Source of the DNA: Candidatus Kuenenia stuttgartensis
GTDB taxonomy: Bacteria > Planctomycetota > Brocadiia > Brocadiales > Brocadiaceae
Reading direction: 5' to 3'
Length of the DNA: 32,000 nt
NCBI RefSeq assembly: GCF_900232105.1
Contig: NZ_LT934425.1
Span: 3,840,001-3,872,000 of the forward strand
The translations under genes were made by a program, and so were the position numbers. Positions 1 to 8,179 of this stretch are shown piece after piece. The notes below the pieces were generated by a model. It had not been told where the DNA came from, did not search any database, and saw only the letters and a list, made by a program, of their open reading frames with translations. How positions within the stretch are numbered: position 1 is the stretch's first letter; each line of letters opens with the position of its first letter.

Positions 1-313
1 GATTACCCCAATAAGGTTTTTGCTTCAAATGTCGAAACTTATTGAAAACTCGAATAGCTGTTCTGCCTTTGATTATACCTACAAAATCGGATATCGATAT
101 CTTGGGTACTACCATGACAAGCAGATGAACATGGTCAATTTGTACATTTAACTCAACAACTTCACAGCCTTTTTGTTCAGAAAATGCTCTGATACACTTA
201 CCTACTTCTTCTGCTACTTGACCAGTAAGTATTCTTAGACGATATTTTGGTGTCCAAAGAATATGATATTGACAATGCCATATCGTATGCGATAATTTGC
301 GAAATCGACTCAT
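1..313 (-). CDS. tnpA: IS200/IS605-family Y1 transposase TnpA, partial (C-terminus runs off the left edge)
   Basis: Manual reverse-strand translation from ATG at 313: MSRFRKLSHTIWHCQYHILWTPKYRLRILTGQVAEEVGKCIRAFSEQKGCEVVELNVQIDHVHLLVMVVPKISISDFVGIIKGRTAIRVFNKFRHLKQKPYWGN; contains the HUH motif (DHVHLL). Not in the supplied ORF track. Confidence 0.95.
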   Translation of the reverse strand, partial: MSRFRKLSHTIWHCQYHILWTPKYRLRILTGQVAEEVGKCIRAFSEQKGCEVVELNVQIDHVHLLVMVVPKISISDFVGIIKGRTAIRVFNKFRHLKQKPYWGN

Positions 314-399
314 TTGTTACTCCTTTGTTGATGTTGTGGGGACAACTCAACTTAGATTGTAACAATGAGTCGTTTTACTGGCAAAGCCTTTAAACTCTG

Positions 400-420
400 A
401 CCACGCCCACAGGGCGTGGT
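400..420. repeat. Subterminal hairpin of the IS200/IS605 element
   Basis: Perfect 9-bp inverted repeat ACCACGCCC-ACA-GGGCGTGGT upstream of tnpA, where IS200/IS605 left-end hairpins occur. Confidence 0.7.
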
Positions 421-845
421 TTTCCACATTATTAATAAAGATCAAATTTCTCCCTTCCTATTCACCTAATCTAAACCTCATTGAAAGATTATGGAAATTC
501 TTTTGCAAAAAAATATTGTATAATAAGTATTATGATACTTATGGGAAGTTTAAAAACAAATGTTTAAGTTTTTTCAAAAATATTAACGAGTATATGTTTT
601 GCTGAGCTTGTCGAAGCAGATGAATTGCTTACTCTTTTAACTTAAAATTTTCGAATTATTGGCGAGCAAATTTTAAAAAACTAAAGTGTTACGATTTGTT
701 TGACTATACACGAATGGAAGGCCTTGATGTGATTGAGAATTGGGGACAGAATTAAAGCCCCAATGTTAGTTCCAAGATGGTGGGATAAGGGTGTGAGCAG
801 TACCCTATATTTTTGTTGACATGGAGGACAGAATAGTGGTATCTT

Positions 846-2036
846 GTGCCTATGACTAATACACAACCGCCCACTATTAAAAAGTATGTTTCTTCGTTAG
901 CATCAATTGTTCGAAGTAGGGCACAAAATTCGCTTGGTAGCGTCTTATCTCGTGTCCGTTCAAGCCATGAGGCAGTCTTTATCTTTGATAATAATGATGA
1001 ATTTCTCGGACTGATATCTCCTTTCAAGACACTTTATTCCAGCAATTTTCCTTATACCACAAAAGTATCATCTATAGTTTTTAAACCACCTGCCATTACA
1101 GAAGAAACGCCAGTCTATCAAGTTGCAGAATATATGCTATCTACAAAGATATATATATTGCCGGTACTTAGTAAAGATGGAGACTTACAGAGTGTGATTT
1201 ATGGAAAAGATATATTGCAGGGAATTATTAAAGATCCTGGCTTGTTAGTGTTTGTAAGTGGCAAAGTAAAACCGCATATCCCAATAACAGCCCCGATTAC
1301 TGCCTCGGTGAAAGATGTATTCTATGACCTTAAAGAAAAAGGTGTTTCAAGAATGGTGATAGTTAATGCTGAAGGATCCCTTGCAGGAATCGTCACCAGA
1401 AGCGATCTCATGCAGGCACTTATCAAGCCTACAGCAAAGATGAGATTTCCTAAGGAAGGAACGCATGTTGGCTTTTATTCATTGGCAGGAGAAAAGAAAT
1501 TCAGAAAGAGCGACCCTATCCGTAAGTACTATACGGTACTGGTTGACTCTTTGCCCGACGATACATCAAGAACAGAAATTGTTTCGCATCTTATCACCTC
1601 TCCACATGATAGTATTATTCTGGTAGATAAGCATAATAAACCTACTGGTTTTCTCTCGACACGCGACATCCTGCGAGCAGTTGTGCTTTTGCGTCCAGAA
1701 GAAGATATTCCGCTTATTATTATCAAGAAACCAGGCGATTCTGTAAGTAATAAAGAGTTAGAACAAGCGACAAGACATTTGGAGTTATTTGGCAGGAAGT
1801 TAAAAAAACGGATGAAAATTAAAAAAATCGAAGTCACCTCCGAAGAGCCTAAAAACCCAAAAGGTCATACGATGATGTTTAATATCACCGTTATCGTTAC
1901 TCCTATTGCTGGAAAAGCAATTGTTGCCGCTACCAAACAGAGAAGGTTTATCGATGGAATACAAGAGGCTACAACATTAATTGAGAAACAACGCAGGCGA
2001 AGTGGACTTTCAAAAAAGGACACACGGAAATCATAA
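846..2036 (+). CDS. Multi-CBS-domain protein with possible HPF/S30AE-like C-terminal domain
   Basis: 396 aa ORF; repeated CBS-like segments (e.g. ITASVKDVFYDLKEKGVSRMVIVNAEGSLAGIVTRSDLMQALI; SPHDSIILVDKHNKPTGFLSTRDILRAVV). Confidence 0.8.
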   Translation: MPMTNTQPPTIKKYVSSLASIVRSRAQNSLGSVLSRVRSSHEAVFIFDNNDEFLGLISPFKTLYSSNFPYTTKVSSIVFKPPAITEETPVYQVAEYMLSTKIYILPVLSKDGDLQSVIYGKDILQGIIKDPGLLVFVSGKVKPHIPITAPITASVKDVFYDLKEKGVSRMVIVNAEGSLAGIVTRSDLMQALIKPTAKMRFPKEGTHVGFYSLAGEKKFRKSDPIRKYYTVLVDSLPDDTSRTEIVSHLITSPHDSIILVDKHNKPTGFLSTRDILRAVVLLRPEEDIPLIIIKKPGDSVSNKELEQATRHLELFGRKLKKRMKIKKIEVTSEEPKNPKGHTMMFNITVIVTPIAGKAIVAATKQRRFIDGIQEATTLIEKQRRRSGLSKKDTRKS

Positions 2037-2164
2037 AAAACAAATTTCCAGCCTGAAATGATTAGCATACATTGGAATTGGGGACGTTCGTGAGAGAGAC
2101 GGTATGGAGGGTACTGGTCAATTCTGCTACTGACTTTGCTTTCGGATAATGTTATATTTCCCTT

Positions 2165-2355
2165 ATGACAAGACCTCTAAGAATACAATATCCTGGAGCT
2201 TGGGATCGTATCATGAACAGAGGAAGACGAAGGGGAAACATTTTCTCGACAAATGAAGACTATACATTAAAATAGTCGCATATTGTTTAATACCAAACCA
2301 TTATCACCTTTTACTACAAACACCCGAAGGAAATCTTTCACGAAAAGGCTATAGA
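2165..2355 (+). pseudogene. Remnant of REP-associated-type (RAYT) Y1 transposase
   Basis: MTRPLRIQYPGAWDRIMNRGRRRGNIFSTNEDYTLK* (2165-2275), then AYCLIPNHYHLLLQTPEGNLSRKGYR carrying the HxH motif; the middle is missing. Confidence 0.85.
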
Positions 2356-2905
2356 AATTCAACAGGTTGATAAATATGACCTGGCGAGACCGTTGATATA
2401 CTGGCGGGATTTCCGAAATGACGTGCAATCACTTCACCCAACGCATTACTGTATTCGATATTGTGCGACAGATATCGCTGTAAATAAAGATTTCCTTCCT
2501 GTAATCCCGGCCACTCTCCATATGTCCCTCCGTTTACACTGTTTCCAATTACGAACCAAGTCGAAACATTGCCGTGATCGGTTCCAAGGCTTGCGTTGTT
2601 TTTAGGAGTGCGCTAAACTCAGCCATTGTCAAGATCAATACATTATTCATCAATGTTGTACCTAAATCAGTGTACAGAGCAACAACCCCGTTTTGCTAAT
2701 TCAGAGAGAAGTTCGGAATGGGTTCCCTCCACACCGCCTTGATTGACATGGGTATCCCAACCATGACTATCAACTGTGGCAACTTGCAATCCCATACCCT
2801 ATTTTGTCAGTTGCGCTACTTACTTGTCGGAGTTATTTACCAAACGTTGAAGCGGGATACTCAGCCCCATTTGCAGGAATACACCCAAAGAAAAACAAAA
2901 AGAAA
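2349..2905 (-). pseudogene. DUF1501 family protein, C-terminal fragment with frameshifts and stops
   Basis: Reverse-strand frames assemble YPASTFGK..LRQV / DTHVNQGGVEGTHSELLSELAK / GVVALYTDLGTTLMNNVLILTMAEF / RTPKNNASLGTDHGNVSTWFVIGNSVNGGTYGEWPGLQEGNLYLQRYLSHNIEYSNALGEVIARHFGNPASISTVSPGHIYQPVEFL*, matching the DUF1501 layout (GxDTH, TMSEF, GTDHG, GG..YG.WPGL). Confidence 0.85.
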
Positions 2906-3023
2906 GGGGGCAAATCTTTATTATTGACATATTTGCTTCAACTCTTTCAATAATCTGAGAAATACGTTTGTCATCTTTCAGTTTTTCTCGTAATCGTTTT
3001 CTCCCTTGGGTTACAGTTAGCTT

Positions 3024-4937
3024 TTAAAGGGATTCCATGGCGGGAAGTTCAATGACAAAAGTAGTGCCCTTTCCCACTTCACTTTGCACGTATATTTTAC
3101 CGTTATGCTGTTTAATAATACTATGTGCTATGGAAAGGCCAAGCCCCGTGCCTTTCTTCTTTTTGTTTGCTCTGTTGGTATAAAACGGTTCGAAAATTTT
3201 AGAAAGATTCTCTTTGGGAATTCCTGGCCCCGTGTCTGATATATAGGTCTTTACTACATTATTCTGAGCCTCTGTTTTAATAGTGAGGCATTTATCATAT
3301 GCCGATACTTCCATTGCAGCGCAGGCATTTTCGATTATATTAAGCAATACCCTGCGTATTTGATATTTATCGACAAAAACAAATGGCAAAACGTCTCCAG
3401 GTAAAATAATAATTTTAATGTTTGCGTGGTCAAACTGATATATTTTCTGCTTTATGATAACTTCGATGATTTCATTAATATTTATTTGTTCCTTGGATAG
3501 TGTATAATTTCCCGTAAACGTGAGGAGGCTTTTTACAACGTCCTGTATTTGTTCTGTTTCTTTCTGTATTCTTTGGAGGTATTTTAGCGATTTTTCACTA
3601 GTTGCAGGGTCATTTAAGACAAGTTCTGTGCAAAGTTGAATGCCCGCAAGGGGGTTATTCAATTCATGTGCGGCGCCTGCTACCAGATTACTCACCGCAA
3701 AAAGCCTTTCTGACTGGACTACCTGATTTGTTAATTGATGTTCGCGTGTAACGTCTCTTAGTACGATAACGATCCCTATATTATTGCCAATAAAAGATCG
3801 TGCCAGCCTTTTCCTTTTCCTTCTATCTCCGATAACATGTATATTTTCATCAATGAACTGATTAACCGAAGATGCAATAACATTAAAATGTTTTTCAAAA
3901 TCGTCATTAATAGTAATTTCATAGGATACGGAGAGTTGTTTTTCTTCAAACAATGTTCTGTAAATATCTTTTATATCGATAGTATTTATTCTGATTATTG
4001 ACCCATCGCTGTTTCTCACCAAATTCAACTGGCTAAGTATTGCATTTGCGGCCTTATTTACCGTGTTTATTTTCCCATACATATCCATAAAAACAATGCC
4101 GTCAACTATGCCATCTATCAAGGAAAGTAATTTTAATTCTTCCACATCCATGCGATGATTGCAAAGGTTTAAATGGTATTTTATTAGGGTATCTGCAAAG
4201 GCCGTTGGAATGGTTTTTTCATCCGCCGGTTTTATGATATAGTCATTCGCCCCCGCTTTCATCAGTTCAATTGCCCTTAGCTCTGAACCCTGCGTGACAA
4301 TAATTGTTATAAATATTTCATGGATGCTCTCTTTTGATTTTCTGATTATTTCAGAGACATCTGATTCCGGCAAATGATCATCCAAAAACATGATGGATAG
4401 TTTTTCATTCTTCAATTGATGAATGGCATCCTGGCCATTTCCGGCAATAATCACATCATAGCCTTCCCCGAGAAGATACGTTTCCAACATTTGTGTGAAA
4501 GATTGTTCACTGGCGGCAATCAAGATTTTTATCCTGTTTGCGGTAATATTCGCGGGCGTTGACTCTGGCTTGTTTTGTAACAGATATAATAAATCTTCCA
4601 ATGCAAATGACGGATGAATTGAAAGATATGCGCCAACACAATTGGCTAACAGGGATATCATACAATTTTTCTGCGAATCAGTGACTAAAATTACGGGAAC
4701 GTTATTGCAATTTGCCAAAAGAGATGACTTCATTAGTTTACATACTTGAAAACCATCCAAAATGGGTAGCTCTGTATCTAAAAATGCAAAAAGAGGGGGC
4801 TGGGTATTGAGATGTTTTAAGGCATCTTCTCCATTTAACACCGTTATTATATTTACAAAACCATGCTGTTTTAAGTAGCAAATTATATGTTCATATTTAT
4901 CTAATTTATTGGAGGCAAACAATAGGGTTCCATTCAT
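3024..4937 (-). CDS. Hybrid sensor histidine kinase with two N-terminal receiver-like domains, a PAS-like region, HisKA and HATPase_c
   Basis: H-box AGAAHELNNPLAGI, N-box IENACAAM, G-boxes DTGPGIP and GTGLGLSIAHSIIKQHNG; receiver-like folds at the N-terminus. Confidence 0.93.
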   Translation of the reverse strand: MNGTLLFASNKLDKYEHIICYLKQHGFVNIITVLNGEDALKHLNTQPPLFAFLDTELPILDGFQVCKLMKSSLLANCNNVPVILVTDSQKNCMISLLANCVGAYLSIHPSFALEDLLYLLQNKPESTPANITANRIKILIAASEQSFTQMLETYLLGEGYDVIIAGNGQDAIHQLKNEKLSIMFLDDHLPESDVSEIIRKSKESIHEIFITIIVTQGSELRAIELMKAGANDYIIKPADEKTIPTAFADTLIKYHLNLCNHRMDVEELKLLSLIDGIVDGIVFMDMYGKINTVNKAANAILSQLNLVRNSDGSIIRINTIDIKDIYRTLFEEKQLSVSYEITINDDFEKHFNVIASSVNQFIDENIHVIGDRRKRKRLARSFIGNNIGIVIVLRDVTREHQLTNQVVQSERLFAVSNLVAGAAHELNNPLAGIQLCTELVLNDPATSEKSLKYLQRIQKETEQIQDVVKSLLTFTGNYTLSKEQININEIIEVIIKQKIYQFDHANIKIIILPGDVLPFVFVDKYQIRRVLLNIIENACAAMEVSAYDKCLTIKTEAQNNVVKTYISDTGPGIPKENLSKIFEPFYTNRANKKKKGTGLGLSIAHSIIKQHNGKIYVQSEVGKGTTFVIELPAMESL

Positions 4938-5225
4938 GTGTTTTTATTACTCCAAAACCATAGAATAAAAAAAGGAAAATGGGTGATGCAATACGGGTAA
5001 TCCTAACATGGACAAGCCAGAACCAAACAAGCATGAAATACAAAAGAGGAACCATAGATTACACAGATTAAAAAATCGCAGGAACACGGAGCATTGTGTC
5101 CCTGCAACAAACGTAAGGTTAAAATCCCGGTCTGCATTTCCCCTTCTGTCCAGTTCCAGGTTAGGGTATGGATACCATATTTGTGATGTCAAAGCCAATA
5201 TTTTTTTTGAAATGTACCGTGTTTA

Positions 5226-5262
5226 AGAAGGGTGTGTTTTAGCGTAAAACCCCTTTTCTTAG
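5226..5262. terminator. Possible bidirectional terminator between converging/adjacent units
   Basis: AAGGG..TGTTTTA-GCG-TAAAAC-CCCTTTT hairpin flanked by A- and T-rich tracts. Confidence 0.4.
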
Positions 5263-5304
5263 TTTATAGTGAAAAGGGGAAAGGAAATACGAAGGGAAAA
5301 ACGG

Positions 5305-6315
5305 TTATAAGACAAAATAGAATGCAAGAAGAATCAATGCACAGCCTAGAAAATATTGTGAAATATCGTAAATGATATTTTTCTTTTTTACGCCGATAAT
5401 GTCTTTGTTTGTTTCAATAACCTGTTTGAAGATATTTTGCAGTTCAGCGCCGGTAGCATCGTGTTGGTAGGAGCCTCCAGCCATTTCTGCTATTTCTCTT
5501 AATAATTTCGGATCGGGTTTTGTGTAAATAATCTCTCCATCTTCTGTGCGTTCATAACCACTTTTATTCCCCAATCTATCCCGTTTTGGTATGGAGGTGG
5601 AATTATTTGGATCCCCAATGCCAATGATGTAAGTGGAAATATCGTTCTTTTCCAATAACAATCGTATTGCTTCCACTACCTGACTCCTTCTGAGAAGCTG
5701 CTCTTCTCCATCGGTAAGAAGGATTATTATTTTTTTCCCTGCTTCATTACTGAAGGTTTCCATGGCAGCAATTAAGGCGTTCCCGATATTTGTGCCGTAA
5801 GGTACAAATCTTACATAATGTTCGTTTACCATATTTAATATTCTAAGGAATACCATTTCATAGTCTTTTGTTGGATAAGGGAGGAGGGAAAAGGCTCGTG
5901 CGGCGAAAACAACTAAACCAACACGGTCGTCTTCAAGTCCTCTCACCAGGTTGGCAATCTCCATTTTGGCACATTCAAGCCGGTTGGGTTTTACATCCTC
6001 CGCAAGCATACTCATTGAGACGTCAAGTACAAATACTATCTCAAGCCCTTCTTTTTCATATTGTTCTTCCGTAGTTTGCCATTTAGGCTGCAAAAGTGTA
6101 AGCCCTAAAATACAGCAGGCGGCGCTTATGCTGGTTCCTTTGATGAGGTTTCTGTATGTTGAGGGTATTTTGCTGAATTTTTGTATGTATGTTTTCTGCC
6201 CAAATGTTTTTAGCCAGGCTCCCTTCCGCCAGTAAAGAATAAAGTAGAAAACAAGGATCAGGCAGGAAAGTGAAAATACAAGGGGGGTATATTTTTCGTG
6301 AATAAAAGATAACAT
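5305..6315 (-). CDS. VWA-domain membrane protein, BatB/BatA-like
   Basis: N-terminal TM helices, MIDAS motif DVSMSM, TDGEE, C-terminal TM helix; operon context. Confidence 0.88.
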   Translation of the reverse strand: MLSFIHEKYTPLVFSLSCLILVFYFILYWRKGAWLKTFGQKTYIQKFSKIPSTYRNLIKGTSISAACCILGLTLLQPKWQTTEEQYEKEGLEIVFVLDVSMSMLAEDVKPNRLECAKMEIANLVRGLEDDRVGLVVFAARAFSLLPYPTKDYEMVFLRILNMVNEHYVRFVPYGTNIGNALIAAMETFSNEAGKKIIILLTDGEEQLLRRSQVVEAIRLLLEKNDISTYIIGIGDPNNSTSIPKRDRLGNKSGYERTEDGEIIYTKPDPKLLREIAEMAGGSYQHDATGAELQNIFKQVIETNKDIIGVKKKNIIYDISQYFLGCALILLAFYFVL

Positions 6316-6405
6316 TATTGATTTATTATTCGATAAGTTTTGAGAAAAGAAATAGTTTCAGGTATTTACACGGTAATATTATAAACACGATGGATTTCTT
6401 ATGCG

Positions 6406-6987
6406 CTACCAGCGGATTTTCTGTTCTCCGCTGTATCGATATTTGGTACCCCATGGAATAAGTTTCAGGGACTCTATCCGGTCTTCGCGTTCTTCCTGTT
6501 TATGAGAAAACATGGTATTGAATTGCATCTCGCCCAATCTCATTCGTTCGAGATTTTTTTTTGCCTGGAAATCGGCGGGGTCAATTTTCAGGGCTTCAAC
6601 GTATTGCATTGCCGCAGTGGAGAAATCCATATCTTCCGCAATAATATTTGCATTATTGTAAATTGCCCTTGCCTTTAATACAGGGTCTTTTGTTTCCATA
6701 GTTTTCCGGTACTCATCTGAGGCCTTTTTATTTTCCATGAGCAAAGAATATAGTACGCCTTTGTTATATGTTATTAAAGGGTCTTTTTCTGATAGTTTGC
6801 GGATAAAAGGATTCTCTTCCAGCTTACGAATTGTGGAAAATGCATGCTGGTATCTGCCCATTTTTATATTTTCGTCCAAATTCGTAATAATGGTGTTTAT
6901 CTTTAAATTTGTATAACCGTAGAATGTGAGAATGCATGCAAGCACTACGAAGGTTATTTTGGGAAGCAATTTATAGAACATAGGCAT
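6406..6987 (-). CDS. TPR-repeat membrane protein (BatC-like)
   Basis: N-terminal TM segment, TPR-like repeats (YNKGVLYSLLMENKKASDEYRKTM..., NNANIIAEDMDFSTAAMQYVEALKIDPADFQAKKNLER), position between two VWA genes. Confidence 0.75.
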   Translation of the reverse strand: MPMFYKLLPKITFVVLACILTFYGYTNLKINTIITNLDENIKMGRYQHAFSTIRKLEENPFIRKLSEKDPLITYNKGVLYSLLMENKKASDEYRKTMETKDPVLKARAIYNNANIIAEDMDFSTAAMQYVEALKIDPADFQAKKNLERMRLGEMQFNTMFSHKQEEREDRIESLKLIPWGTKYRYSGEQKIRW

Positions 6988-7044
6988 CTCCTTTTTAATT
7001 TAACGTTTAGGAATTTCAATATTTTTAATTAAGCAATGAACAAA

Positions 7045-7112
7045 CCCACCCCTCAAACCCCTCCCAAAAGGGGACTTATCAAATTCCCCTCTTGGGAGGG
7101 GTTTGGGGCGGG
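7045..7112. repeat. Large imperfect inverted repeat inside the bat-type operon
   Basis: CCCACCCCTCAAACCCCTCCCAAAAGGGGA (7045-7074) pairs with TCCCCTCTTGGGAGGGGTTTGGGGCGGG (7085-7112); related copies near 15011-15060 and 28315-28352. Confidence 0.85.
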
Positions 7113-7159
7113 TAAAAATGAATGCCGTTGGTTTTTTATCTTTTACAACTCAACCTGAT

Positions 7160-8179
7160 TCAAGGGATTCTTATCCAGAAGTTTTCAATGAAAACAGTTG
7201 TTAACAGAAAAAACAAACCTGCTATAATAGGGAATATATAAAGGTCCTTTTTTTTAAAAACATTTTCTACCACAATTTCATCTTTTTCAATCCTGTCAAT
7301 TTCATCATAGAATTTTGCAACCTCTTCAAAATTATCGGCATGATAATATTTTCCTCCGGTTGACTCTATTGCTTCCTGTAATTCCTGGATGTGTTGAGCG
7401 GCGATATCAGGGTCTATGCCATAGACGTCTGATGCTTTTACTGCCACAACATACGCCTTTATTCCCATTCTTTGCAGAAGCCGTAAGGGTCTGTCCGGTG
7501 AAATGCCAATATTGTAAATGCCATCAGTGAAGAGAATTATTAGTTTATTTTTCAGTAAGTCTCTTTTCTTCATCTCTTTTACAAATGAAACAGCGTAATC
7601 ATCGAGATACTGCTTGTTAATGCTGTTTCTTAATTCTGTGAAGGTAAATCTGCTTCCCATTTCTTTTTCAAACAATGCGGTAATGGAGGTAAAGATACCC
7701 TCTCCTATTGAAGTTTGGTATCCCATTTGGGATGAGTGTACACGTTCCAAAGATTTTTCAAGCAACTCCGTTTCCATCGTGGGCATTGTAATGAGAGCCG
7801 CATCAGTGCCGAAAATAGATAATCCAATAATATCGTTTGATCTTTTCTTTATAAAGGCAGCAACAACTTCCTTTATGGTCTCTATGGCAGTTCCGGTTGT
7901 GCTGAATGAAGTATCAATACAGAGGAGTATTTCACGTCCTTTTAAAGATATCTTTTCTTTATGATAGGCGGATTGCGGATATGTTAACGCCAATATTAAA
8001 AAAAATACCGCGCAAAAAAAGACCGGTTTAAAAAGGCCTGCGATAACCTTCCTGAACCCATGCAGTTCTTTTACATGATAGAGGCTTGAATAACCGATAT
8101 ATTTTTTTTCTTTCCAAAAAAAATAGAGCAAGCCAAAAGGGATAATAAGGAAAAGGAACCATGGATTCGCTAATGTCAT
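7160..8179 (-). CDS. VWA-domain membrane protein (BatA-like)
   Basis: LCIDTSFSTTGTAIETIK MIDAS-like motif, FTDGIYNIG, N- and C-terminal TM helices. Confidence 0.87.
   Translation of the reverse strand: MTLANPWFLFLIIPFGLLYFFWKEKKYIGYSSLYHVKELHGFRKVIAGLFKPVFFCAVFFLILALTYPQSAYHKEKISLKGREILLCIDTSFSTTGTAIETIKEVVAAFIKKRSNDIIGLSIFGTDAALITMPTMETELLEKSLERVHSSQMGYQTSIGEGIFTSITALFEKEMGSRFTFTELRNSINKQYLDDYAVSFVKEMKKRDLLKNKLIILFTDGIYNIGISPDRPLRLLQRMGIKAYVVAVKASDVYGIDPDIAAQHIQELQEAIESTGGKYYHADNFEEVAKFYDEIDRIEKDEIVVENVFKKKDLYIFPIIAGLFFLLTTVFIENFWIRIP

Noticed and set aside
2393-2927. Track ORFs 2393-2605 (+) and 2718-2927 (-)
   Set aside because: Superseded by the multi-frame DUF1501 pseudogene reconstruction on the minus strand.
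4947-5226. Two overlapping ORFs (83 and 72 aa) between the kinase and VWA genes
   Set aside because: Opposite-strand overlapping frames with no convincing start context or family resemblance; likely non-coding.
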